Positions 48,421 to 61,222 of a stretch of 64,000 bases of DNA are shown one piece after another. A program made the position numbers and the translations under genes. This stretch comes from Antechinus flavipes (taxonomy: Eukaryota). Where the stretch lies: NCBI RefSeq assembly GCF_016432865.1, contig NC_067402.1:5580001-5644000 (forward strand), written 5' to 3'. The notes beneath the pieces are model-generated. The model saw only the letters and a program-made list of their open reading frames with translations. It did not search any database and was not told the origin of the DNA. Every line of letters begins with the position of its first letter. Position 1 is the first letter of the stretch.

Positions 48421-50407
48421 ATGGGATCATTTTAAAAGATCAAATGCATGGAAAATTCTGAGCTTTCAAAAACACCCCAATTCAAAATTGGCAAGGCCCT
48501 CCTGCCCAATAAAAACCTGATGTATAAACTAATAATAATCTTCACTTTTATAAGTGGAGCATAAACTTTGGGGCAGCAGGATGTTTTTGGAGGAGTGGAA
48601 ATAGTGAGTGATTTTTTGGAAATTCAGTCAATTGGACTGGTATCCTAAAATGTTTTTCATATCTTCTTTCTAGGTTGTCTCTCAGAAGGGAAAGAAGTAA
48701 AAATACCTAAGGAAAATTTTTCCCTATGAAGGGTTAATTTCTCTTATTACCCCATTCACGATGCCCTTTGAAGGGAGATAGGGAACTATATAGTCAATCT
48801 GTGACTGTCTACATTTTATCTAGTAATCATAATCATTCCCATTCTTTCATACTACACCCAACCACCCAAATCATGGAAAATCATTCATTCCTATTCTCGG
48901 TCAGAATCATTGTTTTGGAAACATCTGCATGTTTGAAATCCCACAGACCAAATATTTGGATGATGGGAACGAAGGCTTCATTTTTCCTTTGGATTCGGGG
49001 TCTGTGTAGAACCACTGCCAGTATAGTTATCCCAATAGTCTTATAAGGAAGACAATTTTTTTTCTGGGTTTTATCATTTACATGCTGTCATAAAGAGATT
49101 AAATATGAACTTCCTAAAAATTTCTCTACTCCATTTTTCATCTCTCTAAGAAGACTACACTTAGCCATTTCACTACAATTCTCTAGTTAGCCGATACAGA
49201 CAAGGGGCTAGAAAATGGATCCGTGGTACCCATAGTATGAGCTTAAGAACAGACACAAAACTGTTGGACATTAAACATCCTGAAATGGAGAAATATATGA
49301 ATATCCTCTCAAAATCATTATGCACAATAGGCAGCATGGAGTAGAGAATTGAGAAACAGGCTTGGAGTCAGAATTCTGACTCTTTCTGGAGATATGGCAC
49401 AGGGCAAAGTACATAATAAGCTCTCAGTGCCCCTGGAACTCCTTTAGGAGTCTAAGTTACCCACCAGTCTGATAGTATCCAACTGTGAGATACTTTTCAT
49501 ACCAGGAGTTCTCCACAGTTCTGTGCATCCAGAAAAGGAAAGACAAAGTATCATTCTTTTTTTGTTTCTTTGTTAGTTTTTTTTTTTTGTTTGTTTGTTT
49601 TAGCTGTACATTTTTCTATTTTCAATGATCATTTAAACAGGTTAAAATGGCAGATCTAGAGGAAAAATGGATTTAGCCAAATGTTGTTTAGAAACAGACA
49701 CAGATGGGAGGAAAACAACTAGTCTGTCAAGTAGAAATGGTTAAGATGGGCATCATGCATTCCGGGGTTCCTGCTTTGAATTCATTGTCATGCATATTTT
49801 GTCTCTTTTCTCAATTCCCATTCATTAGCTGCTTTAGGAGTCTGTATAAAAACTGAAGCTCCTTTGACGCGAGGTACAATATTTGGGAAGACAAGGTTGA
49901 ATCGAGTCTTTAAGTGATCGTGGAGTCCCAGTGAGTTCGCAGGGGTTCCACAGTGCAAATGTAAGTGTGCTTCCTGGGAAACTGAAATATGCATTGAGTA
50001 AAATGTGCAAGGGGTCCCAAGCTGGTCCTCTTCCCGACTGGTCCTTTCACCTAGAGGATAATTGTGCAGCCTTAGCCGAGCTGTTGTTTAGGTGATGGTC
50101 CCCTGCTGTCTTGGGATAAAGAAAAGAGAAAAGGTGTCAGAGAAGGAGCAGGAGGAGGGGAAGGGAATTTCAACAGTGAATAAGTTGGCATCTGAAAACC
50201 CTAGCTTGGTGTTGGGGGGCAGCCCGCGCCCCAAGTCACACCTATCGCACACAGTCCCAGCTGCCCTTGCAGGACTCGGGCCCTGAGGTCTTGCCCTCAT
50301 CTTTCCTCTGCACATGTCAGCTGTTGGAGAATTGGGATCGGGGTTTGGCTTAGAAGGATTTTTCCACCGTGAATTAATGATCCAAATGGTTTATTATTCA
50401 GTTGCTC

Positions 50408-50579
50408 NNNNNNNNNNNNNNNNNNNNNNNNNNNNNNNNNNNNNNNNNNNNNNNNNNNNNNNNNNNNNNNNNNNNNNNNNNNNNNNNNNNNNNNNNNNNN
50501 NNNNNNNNNNNNNNNNNNNNNNNNNNNNNNNNNNNNNNNNNNNNNNNNNNNNNNNNNNNNNNNNNNNNNNNNNNNNNNN
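50408..50579. other. Assembly gap (N run)
   Basis: N bases. Confidence 1.
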
Positions 50580-51436
50580 ATAAGCGAGCATTTATAAACC
50601 CATTTACATATAGTTAAGATGAAAAAGGTATTTGAATCAGAGTCATTAGCATTCCTCCAAACATATGGTAGATCAGCAGCGGCCATGGGCCGTGCCTTCA
50701 TTAGCGGAGTCCTGGTTCATCAGTGCCTTCGCTTCCCGCTGTGCCACCCCGTGGCGTCCCCTTCTGTCCCTGAGGTTTCAGCGACGAGGGACAATACGTC
50801 CCCAAGGTGAAAATCTGGAAAACCTAGCAGATTTGCCCTGAGAGGAGTTCTTATGATTATTTAATCACACGGAGAGAAGAAACCCACAGTTCCAGGAGGG
50901 GCTGTCTATCCCTCGGCAGGCATGCTTTCCTCCCCTGCTTGGCATGAGATGCCCAAGGAACAGAACTAGGGCAGACCCACCATGGGGCTGTTCTCTTCCA
51001 GTTTCATCGGGGGGATGGTCCAACGTGGCGTCGGCACTGACGGTGGGCAGGAATCGATCGTCATCCATCGGGCAGAATGCAGAAGTAGTTGTTTCTTTTT
51101 TAATGATGGCCCAGCCATGTTCTTTTATTTCCTAATAACAATTAGAAGAATAAAAACATTGTCGTGTAAATGTCATGGCCATAGCTTATTAGTGTCTTTC
51201 TCAGGTTTATGATGAGAACTAAATCTGGCCAGCTGAGACCTTTCCCCCAAGCTTTTGGTCTCCTTCCTAATGTACCTGTGAGATATTAGGATTTAGAATT
51301 ACAAGATGCCATAAAGGAGACCAATAGCTTATGCTACAATCCCCAATCATTAAATTCCTTTCCACAATCTTGTTAGTTACAGACTGTGTGTTTGTGTAGA
51401 ATATCTACCTTCCTATATCCCTATTTACCTGCATAA

Positions 51437-51438
<2 letters not shown>

Positions 51439-51493
<55 letters not shown>

Positions 51494-51505
51494 CATACAT
51501 ACACA
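51439..51505. repeat. (CA)n microsatellite
   Basis: CA run with minor interruptions. Confidence 0.95.
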
Positions 51506-53173
51506 AGCGCATTGTAGAAGTACCAGTTTCCATGGATGGAAAGATTCTTTTACCAATGAAATCACAGGTGTAGTCTATATCAATGTATGCATTTATACCT
51601 TCGCCTACATCTATATCTGCATTTGTATATGTGTGTGTGTATTTGTGTATGTGAAAAAGTCAGAGAAAGATGGAGAAAACATCTCCATCTTAGAGAGAGA
51701 TGATAGAGAGAAACAAGGTGGTAGAGCGAAGTGGGGACTGGTCTTGAAAGTATAAAGACCTAGATTCAAGTCTTTGGCAATCACAACATGACAATGAGAA
51801 AATTGCTCAACCTCTCTCTCTGATTCCCCTGATAATTCTAAAGCTACATTCCCAATGATATGTCCATCTCCATTCATGGAAAATCTTTTTATACTTGGTG
51901 TTCCATGAAATTAGTGATCTGTAAAAGATGTAGCTATTTAAACAAATAAAGATGGATATATAGATGATAAATATAGATATGACAAATTGATCAATAAAAT
52001 AATAGAAAGAATGATGGATAAATGTAAGAATGATAGATCAATAGAGACTAGATATATAGCTAGATGAATGTATAAATAGATATAGATGATAGATAGATAG
52101 ATGATAGTTACACAGAATATGAATTAATATTTGAAGATCAGAAAAAATATGAAGGTGACATGTGCTGATGATTTCCAGGTTATAAAGATTAACATTTTTC
52201 ACTCTGTCTTTAATACTTTAATAAGTCATGATTTTCCACAGATCACAACCTCTTTGCACCTTGGCAGATGGCGTTCCAAAGCTAGTGTGGCCAAAATATT
52301 CATTATGATTAAACTTTGGTGGGATTCCACACTCCATGTGATTCAAGAGCAGAAATCCATAATCCTGGAATTAAACTCAGGATGATTCCCCAGGCCCCAC
52401 GGATGGATCATCAGCACCATAATAGCAATCATCAGCTCATGGCTTTGGTTATTCATGATCTTGATTGGTCATTGAACAACAGACCCACAGCTATCGCACT
52501 TGAAGCCCCCTTTCCCCCTTGGTCAGACCACCAGAACTAACACTCTCTTGGAATGGCCTTCAAAAACTCCAGGCCACCCATATGACATGATCAGATATTA
52601 AAAGATCTCAGAACATCCTTAACATTGTATTTACATTTGATTCCTTGGAGTATTTTCTGGAGATCTAAGAACAAAAAAGAGAGTTAATGTTCAGATGGTG
52701 TTTACTCTTCATTTTTATGGATGGCTTTACCTTGGTCATTAGAATGGAAGTGAATTGGAGAAATTCACACATCAGTCGTGTGAAGTAGAGAGGTTTTATC
52801 TGGTTTTGATCTAGGACATGTGCCTCAGTTTTTCATTCAGCTTCTGGTGGTGTCTCCAATTCAGTGCAAGTCATCGATGTCATGTCTTGGGACTCCATTT
52901 GATGATATGTCCTGTTAAAGATTCCTTCCTAAAAACATCCATCTTTATGGCTGAGCCATCAAGGTAATATGATGGCTAGGTTGCTGTCCTGGAATAAAAT
53001 CCATTCTCTGATGCCTCTTGCCTCAGTTTCCTTGTCTGCAAAATGAGGATCATTATAGTACTCACTTCCTCTTAGGAGTTGTTGTAAGTAACAAATAAGA
53101 CAATAAATATAAAGCATTTCCACAGTTCCTGGTAAATAGTAAATGCTTAATAATAATGTTTATTGTTATTATT

Positions 53174-53316
53174 ATTTTTTGCTGAGGCAACTGGGGTTAA
53201 GTGACTTGCCCAACGTCACACAGCTAGGAAGTGTTAAGTGTTTGAGGCTAGATTTGAACTCGGGTCCTCCTGACTTCAGGGCTGGTGCTCTATCCACTGT
53301 GCCACCTAGCTACCTC
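53174..53316 (-). mobile_element. WSINE1-type young marsupial SINE with ~20-bp TSD
   Basis: 'gctgaggcaactggggttaagtgacttgccc...ctaggaagtgttaagtg...tttgaactcgggtcctcctgacttcagggctggtgctctatccactgtgccacctagc'. TAATGTTTATTG(T/C)TATTATT at 53154-53173 and 53317-53336. Confidence 0.85.
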
Positions 53317-53512
53317 TAATGTTTATTGCTATTATTATATCTGCCTTGAGATGCTTAGATCCTGAACAAGTAATTAACCATCCCGAGTCTCAGTTTTTTC
53401 ACATTTAAGTCAAAGGATGGAGATAATCGTTTGCCTACCTATGGGGATATAGATTAGAAAAACTCTATAGACCTTAAAGTGTTGCATAAATATGTGATGA
53501 TAAGGCATTATG

Positions 53513-53760
53513 AGGTAGCTAGGTGCACAGTGGATAGAGAACTTCCTGTAGTCCAGAAAATTGGAGTTCAAACCCAGCCTTAAACAATTACCACCTGAGT
53601 GATCCTGGGCAAGTCAATTAATTTCTGTTTGCTTCAGTTTTCTCATCCATAAAATGGAGGTGATGATAGCATCTCCTTGCCACGATTGTTGTGAAAATCA
53701 AATGAGATCATAATGCAAAGTGTTTAACGTAATATTTGGCACATAGCACGTCCTTTGTAA
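53513..53760 (+). mobile_element. MIR/MAR1-type SINE
   Basis: tRNA-like head 'gtagctaggtgcacagtggatagag...gagttcaaaccc' and CORE 'ctgggcaagtca...cagttttctcatccataaaatgg'. Confidence 0.75.
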
Positions 53761-55455
53761 ATCTCATCATCACGATCATCATCACCACCATTCCTTTATG
53801 TGGGCTACTGGCCATACCTAGAGGAAGATTGAATTGATCCCCTGCCATGAGTTACCCAAATGTTATTCCATAAGCAGTCCTCAGCAAAGCAAAGTCCACT
53901 TCTTTTCGACAAGGTGATGTCCCTTATTGCTGACAAGTGGCTTTACATCAGTAAGCATTGCTACCAAATCTGCACCATAACTCAAGTGATAGACAGCCTT
54001 CCTTCTCCTCAGAAAGATCTCTACATCTTTCCCTTATTTACGAGTCTTTTCAAATCTCAGACTTTTGCAAATTTCTCTGTATCATTTTCAAGCAGCTACT
54101 GCCATTTCAGAAACTCAAGCAAGCCTTCCCAAAGACATGGAAGCGTTTTCTCATAGCCTCAAAACCTTCTTCCTCACCCTCGTTTCTCTTCAAACATTGT
54201 CCATTATGTAACCATCTTCTTTGGGGAAAGATGAGTTATTTCCAAATTATAAAACCCTTTGAAATTTATCTAATACATCATAAACAAAATGGTAGATTTT
54301 ATAAGCTTTCCAGCATAGAAAAATTGGCTCTGTGGTTTTTGAGGACAGGAGATAAATTAGACTGACTAGCTCTAGTAACAACATCCAACCCTTCTGGCAA
54401 TTCCCTAACCCAAACTCTTACTTCTACTGGGAACAAATCTGAAATAGATTCAGAGTATGGGGATTCGACTCAACAAGCATTGATTAAATACCTTCTGTGT
54501 GCGAAGCTTGATATTAGAGTTTTTTTTTTTTTTTTGCCCAATCTGTGATTTCATTGTTATAAAAAATTCCTTGTGAGAACATTGTACCAATACAGATCTG
54601 TCCGTGCTCTACAAACCGGAGTCTCACACAGTTGCATGGTCCTCATGTTACTCATTCAAATTCTATCTTTGTTTCTTTACAAAGTATTAATGTGAGATTT
54701 CTGCAAGTACAGTCAATGATGTATCTCAATCAAAAAGGGAGAAAGAAGCCTCTAACAAGCCTACATTACTTAAATTTACCTGGATTTTCAAATGTCTGAT
54801 TAATTATTGTCTCAATATTTATGAAAATTTGGATAAATTTACCAGGGTATCCTTCTGGCTGGGATGCATCAGTAAAACACAGCGAAAACCATAAGCAGAT
54901 ATTTACTTCAAGGAATTCCCTTTTGGACTCTCCCCCCACCCCACCCCCGTTTCACGGCATATCACAAATCCTCGGAAATGTACCATGTTCATATTGCCAA
55001 CTGAGTTCTTCCAAGCAAAGATGACATCAGCCATCTGTCATGCAGTACTAATCCTACAAAGGAAAGCCAACTGTAGAGAAAATAAATACCTTTCATATCC
55101 ATTAGCCAAATATTGATGTTAAAAATGGAATCATGAAAATCTCACTAGTCAAGCTAATTATCCTAAGTGAATATTCCCTTCCAAATGAATGGCACACTGG
55201 GAATGAATTTGCCTCATAACTTTGCTAAGACAAAACTTCATTGTGAGCATATGTTGTAGGAAGTAAAAGACTGTTGTGAGTGTTAGGGGGTGTAGTGATC
55301 TCTCTGCTGTCAGGTATGCTTCCTGTTGCCTCTGTTGACTGGATCTGCACAAAACATTATAACAGGTACGAAATGATTGTGGTTTTTTTTTCCTTCTCCA
55401 GTTATTTTAAGTGCTTCCGATTCTAAAGGTCTAATATTTTATCTGGCTAGAGTTC

Positions 55456-55614
55456 TTTATTATTTTTTTATAATATTTTATTGACAGAACCCATGCCAGG
55501 GTAATTTTTTTTTACAACATTATCCCTTGCACTCACTTCTGTTCCGATTTTTCCCCTCCCTCCCTCCACCCCCTCCCCTAGATGGCAAGCAGTCCTATAT
55601 ATGTTAAATAGGTT
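55456..55614 (-). mobile_element. Very short young L1 3'-UTR insertion with 14-bp TSD
   Basis: Reverse complement of the L1 3' UTR at ~31330-31470; TCTGGCTAGAGTTC at 55442-55455 and 55615-55628. Confidence 0.9.
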
Positions 55615-56574
55615 TCTGGCTAGAGTTCAATAAGAATTTACCAACTTTCCCCCAGTTGCCTCCCACTACCACTATGTGCTCACTTCATTTTGGGGATAAA
55701 TAGCTTATCCAATCTATCAAGAACCTGATTGTCATGATGTGGGAGAGTCATAGCTGCTCTCATTTTGTAAACTTTATTTAATGAGTCTCAAAAGTTATTC
55801 ACTTATTCAGTTCTTGTTCTGCAATATAGACTGAGGGCTTCAGAATCAACAAGCTGAAGCTGACTTACCTTGTAGAGTACATGATTTATTAATATTCACA
55901 GATTTCTACTCCACTTTTTAGAGAAAAATACTGAAATTTGTTCATGAATAAATTTTATTATCTGACAGAAAAATAACTTGAGCTAGGTGAATCAAGATTA
56001 ACATAAAGTAACATTGAATGGAATATCCCCAATGAGTTTCACCTGAAGTAGCATTTAAGGTTAAGATAAATGAAATATGATCAAAAATATTTGAGCAAAG
56101 CCTTTATGTTTTAGAGTCATCATCATGGAAAAAGAAACAAAACAGAACAAAATCAAAATTTCCTCAGAAGGTCAAGAATCAAGAATATGAATTTGTTTTA
56201 ATGAGCAATTTCCAAAACAAATTTATTTTCAGTTTGAAAAGAAAGAAGGAATACATCTAGAACCATCTCCTCATTTTATCAGTTATGAATCTTTTTCATC
56301 CAAATCTCCAAAAAGTGAAATGTCTTTAAAAAATAACCTGATGATGAAATTTTTGGTAGGTGGCACAAAATATGCATTATCCAATCATAAGTTTTCTATA
56401 ACATATGTGTATTTGATATTCACACAAATATTATGAAAAACTCATCCATGTATGTACATGCACACATGTTTACATGAACACTCATACATGTGTGTTTACA
56501 TATGCATTCAGGCATTGTATATGCATGTATGAGAGAAAGAGAGGAGGAGGAACGAACGAACGAACAAAAGAAAG

Positions 56575-56587
56575 AAAAAAAGAAAAA

Positions 56588-56643
<56 letters not shown>
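56575..56643. repeat. (GAAA)n tetranucleotide repeat
   Basis: GAAA run; source of the KERK ORFs. Confidence 0.95.
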
Positions 56644-58786
56644 AAACAAGGTTAAAGATGGAAAATCACTTCAAAAGGGCTTGCATTGGATATTGCCCAT
56701 GATAATGGGACATTCTTTTGGGAAACATATTTTTCTCGATTTTGTATTTCCTCTGATAGTGATAATTGGCAGAGTATTGAATTAATTAATTTACTTGTTG
56801 CTTTTATCAAGAAATTTTGTATGGTTTTGACGTATACATAATAATCTTTTGCTGAAGGAAAAGCTTTAAAGCATAATTTTGTTCCATAAATCAAACAGCC
56901 TTTAAGAATAATCAATAATCAATTAACAGAATAGGATCTTGTATTGATTACTTTAGTCAATTGTCTGAAGATATAGTCTCCTCTGAAAATATCTTTTAGA
57001 GCCTGTTTATAAGAATTACCTATATGAATGTTGACATCATCCTTGATGAAAATTTGAGTTAGAAACATTTGTCATATTATTCTCTCAATATGATTTATAA
57101 AATTTAATAATTACAGAACCATGCCTTTATAAATCATATTGAGAGAATAATATTATTTGTTATTTTTAAAAGTTTCTGGGTGTTTTTCCCTCTCTGAAGC
57201 CTTCAAAATGTTGTCATCTCTGGCACAAGTTCCTTCACTGTGTCTGTGATTATATATGAATTTTATTCCTTCGTTTATCATGATAGTATCATTTCAAATT
57301 TCTCATGTAGTCTGTCAGAACTGAGGTCCCAGAGTCTGAATATGGTGGTCCCACTGTCAACCACTTTGAAAATAGTTTGTTTTTGAAATGTTGGCAAATC
57401 CACTACATTTCTATTGGCCCCCTTCCAGTTTCTTCTATAATTGCTTTGAGAATGAGCTGTCTTAGTGGAGTCTTATGCCAAGCTTTCTACAGACTCATTT
57501 TCCCCTCTGATGCTCTTTGCTGGTTTGTGATAATTTCAGAATAATTAGCGATCATTTTAAGATAATTAACGTGATTAAGGCCAGTCTCTATGAATAGCAG
57601 CTGTCAGCAGTCCTAAATGAAAGAACAGGTCCTTCTTAATTCAAAATTCTGTGATTCTTTATCATCTTCAATGGCAATAAAACCACTTGTACCCTTATAG
57701 CCATATGTGATCATGGGCAAATAACAAAAAACATTTGAACTGAGATATTGTGAATTCTAGTTTAATTCCATTATAATTATTGAATTATATTAACTTTTAG
57801 TTGAGTGGGGCATTTTTGTTCAATTATTGGGGAAATTGCTAAAATTTTATTAGCATTAATTAACAATTATCATTGGGAAAGATAATGTGCCTATCAAGTG
57901 GAGGTTAATTGGTCTATTTGTTTGTAAAATAGAGTCAATCGAGGATTGTTTTTAGTGGAAATTCCCTTATGATAAAATAAGAGATTTCCCCATTTCTTCC
58001 TTCTCAGAGTAACAGGATAGATTTCTTCTTCAAAAAAAGATTTTATCATTTAGAATCAATTATAATCATTTAGGTAGCAGTAATGGAATAGACTCCATTG
58101 AAAATAAGGGGGTGGATATGATGAACACCTGTGCTTGTAAAATCTTGTTTAATGTTATCAGTAAACCACAAAAAGTTAACTTGAAATAACATGATCAAAA
58201 TTCACCTTGGGTACAAGTAAAATTAGATTTTATTCTAAATATATGGTGATTTATTTGGTCACTAGTTGCAATGCCCACTTCTGGAATTATCTTCGGTTGC
58301 AAAAGATACCTGGAATTTTATAGTGTAATCCTGCCATAAACATACTTAAAATAGTATCAACCTACTTTATCATTTGATCCCGAATGCTGTAAGTTGTCAG
58401 AGTTGCTTTCCCTCCTTGATCATTGTGTCTCTGAGACCACATTTCCTCTGCCCAACCTCAAGGTTATTTCCCTTTGATTTCCACAATTTTATCTTTTTTA
58501 ACTAACAAGTTTTCATTTTATCTCTCTATTAGTCTCTACCTACTAGGCTCATCAAAATTCAACAATAACAGCAACAAAACTGGCAACAAGATATTCACTC
58601 AAAATCATCCTCATTACTTTCAAGTAAACTCAATATATATGTTTGTATATAGGTACATGTGGATGTGTAAGTGATTTAGCTGCTTTTTTGACCTTTAAGA
58701 ATGCAAAATATTGCAGGTGAGATTAAAATATCACAAAATGCATTTAAAGGAAAGAGAAAAAGAGTGTAATAAATGTTTATAATAGA

Positions 58787-58901
58787 TGATCTGAGAGAGT
58801 CAAACATTTTTTGACGTGGTATATCATAGAGGTTTTACAACTGATTGGTTCTCTGATCATTGAGATAAGGAACTATCTTAATCTCTGAGGTAGAAAGTGG
58901 A
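58787..58901 (+). repeat. Direct repeat, copy 1 (115 bp)
   Basis: Matches 61071-61222 apart from a 37-bp indel and a few substitutions. Confidence 0.9.
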
Positions 58902-60247
58902 CTTGAGTCACACATACAGCAAAGAGTAGGTAAAGACTCTACTAGATAATGAGATTCTTTCTAAATCTCCTACTAGTGAAAATCAAAAAAATGTATATAT
59001 TTTCATTTTATTTTAAAAGAAAGAATAAAGATTTATCTGTGCCGAAATACAAGTAAGCATCCTTGTACAGGAATTTTCATTTAAAGATTTCAGATCTTAA
59101 ACGCCAATCTATCATCCCACTTTTTTGTCCACCACATTAAATAAGCTCCTATTACTTACCCCAAACATGCAGATTCCTTAGCCTGAAATTCAAAACCCTT
59201 CATCATCTCAAATGGTCTCTCCTCAACTAAGTTTTCTGTGATCTTTCCCTAGCAGGTCGTGCTCCTTCCCTCCTTATATCTAGGTCAGCACTCAAAACAT
59301 TTTTTTTCCCCAGGGTTTTATTATTTTATTTCATTTTTGGATTTTTTCCCCTTTAGACCTAGATTTCTTCAAATCAGACAATAACTACTATCAGTAGAGA
59401 TCACCAATTATTTTTTAATAGGAGGGATAAAAATAAATCATCTGCATTAATGAAATCCTATAATGATGGAAATATTTTCCAAATAACTATCGTCAAAACG
59501 CCTTCTCCATAGTATGAGTTTCAGCATAGTTTACTTCCTTACTCATTGCTAAAATGACAAATTTTCCTTGATGTACTAGATTAAATGTCTTTATTTATTG
59601 ATTTTTAAAAATATCTGCTAAATAGACTATTTCTAACAGCCACTTGTCACCACAGGTAGTACTGACAAACTGTGGTTAGCTGTCTTTCCCACGAAGCTCT
59701 GTAGCTTTTGCAATACAAGTACTTTTCCATGGGATCTCCAGGGCGCCTCTGGAGGGCACCTGTGTTTCGTGTTCCTTGTCCAGCTGTCTTTGTGTTGGAC
59801 CTGATTAGATCATCATTGGTTTTGCCTCATAATATGATTCACCAAGAGCTCATACGAGAAGCAGTCAACAAGCATTTATTAAACATCTACTGTGTACCAT
59901 GATAATCGCTGGTCATATGAAGAAAGGCACATGGTTTCTATATTTAAGGAGAATTATAATCTAATGTAGGAAAACTTTCAGCTCTTCCCATTTTTTGTGC
60001 ACTCATGCTTGCTTTATTAGCAATGTCTCGATCGGCAGTATTTTTGTAGTCATCTTTTAAAGCCATCTGTCCTTTGTTGATGGTGAATTTTGTTATAAGA
60101 AGATAATATAATCTGTAAAAGCACTTCACCTGGCCCACATAAACTTTCATAAATAATAAAAGTTAAGTAAGTCAGATTATTTATGGTGAAGCATTAGTCA
60201 TTCTTTCTTTTTTATTTAAGATACAAAAATACAGCATCCATTTTTAA

Positions 60248-60250
<3 letters not shown>

Positions 60251-60280
<30 letters not shown>
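60251..60280. repeat. (TG)n microsatellite
   Basis: TG run. Confidence 0.95.
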
Positions 60281-61070
60281 ATGTGTGCATCTCTGTGTTT
60301 GTACATAGGCATGTGTGTGTCCTGGCACCCTTTGGTAATCTACTAAAAATTGTGAAGCATTTCCAAAATCATGTTTATCTAAATATTTTTTAAAAAATAT
60401 TTTAAATAATTTTAATATTTTAATATTTCATTTTTTAAATAATTGAAGGAAATGCTAAATTTCAGTAAGAGGTTAATAAAAATAAAGATGTGATTTTTTT
60501 CATCATCCAGTTCACGGATTTTCTGAAGTCTCTTCATAGCATTTCCATGGACCTAAGCTCCAGGAGCCCCAGATCAAGAAATTTTCAAAGATCAGTTCTG
60601 ATTTCTCTCTCTGCACATCAGTGGATCATTTCATGTGCCCTCTGGTATGTATCCCACAATTTAAATGATATTATGAATCAAACTGAAGCAGCTCACCCAA
60701 TTATCAAACATTTCATGGTTTTTGATCTCCCTTGGAAAAATTATATCATAAGCAAAGATTTTTTCCCCTAACTCTTCACTCTTTGTTGCCTTCATAGTTA
60801 AACTCAGAACATCTCAAAAGAGATAATGTTGGACTTGGAGTGAAAAAAAAATCTGAATTAAAATCTTACCTCCTATACTTACTAAGTCTGTGACTGGGCA
60901 AATCCTTTAACCCTTTGCCTGCTTAATTTCTTCATCTGAAAAAATGGAGATATATATTATATTCAGTTACCAGGGATATTGTGAGAACAGGATGAGATAA
61001 TTTTTGCAAGCTTTAAAATGCTACATAAATTCTAATTATTCTAATTATAGTTATTATTTATTCATATTAT

Positions 61071-61222
61071 TGATCTGAGAGAGTCAAAAATTTTTTGACG
61101 TGGTATATAATAGAGATTTGACAACTGATTGGTATCCTGAGATTTGTAGTTTACTGGGACAAGCACACATTCTCTGATCATTGAGAAAAGGAACTATCTT
61201 AATCTCTGAGGTAGAAAGTGGA
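61071..61222 (+). repeat. Direct repeat, copy 2 (152 bp)
   Basis: Same sequence as 58787-58901 plus 'tatcctgagatttgtagtttactgggacaagcacaca'. Confidence 0.9.

Noticed and set aside
56474-56785. Lys/Glu/Arg-rich ORFs
   Set aside because: Translations of (GAAA)n.
60511-60644. AG...GT-bounded candidate exon (FTDFLKSLHSISMDL...)
   Set aside because: Moderate splice signals, unrecognised peptide and no partner exons; too weak to report.
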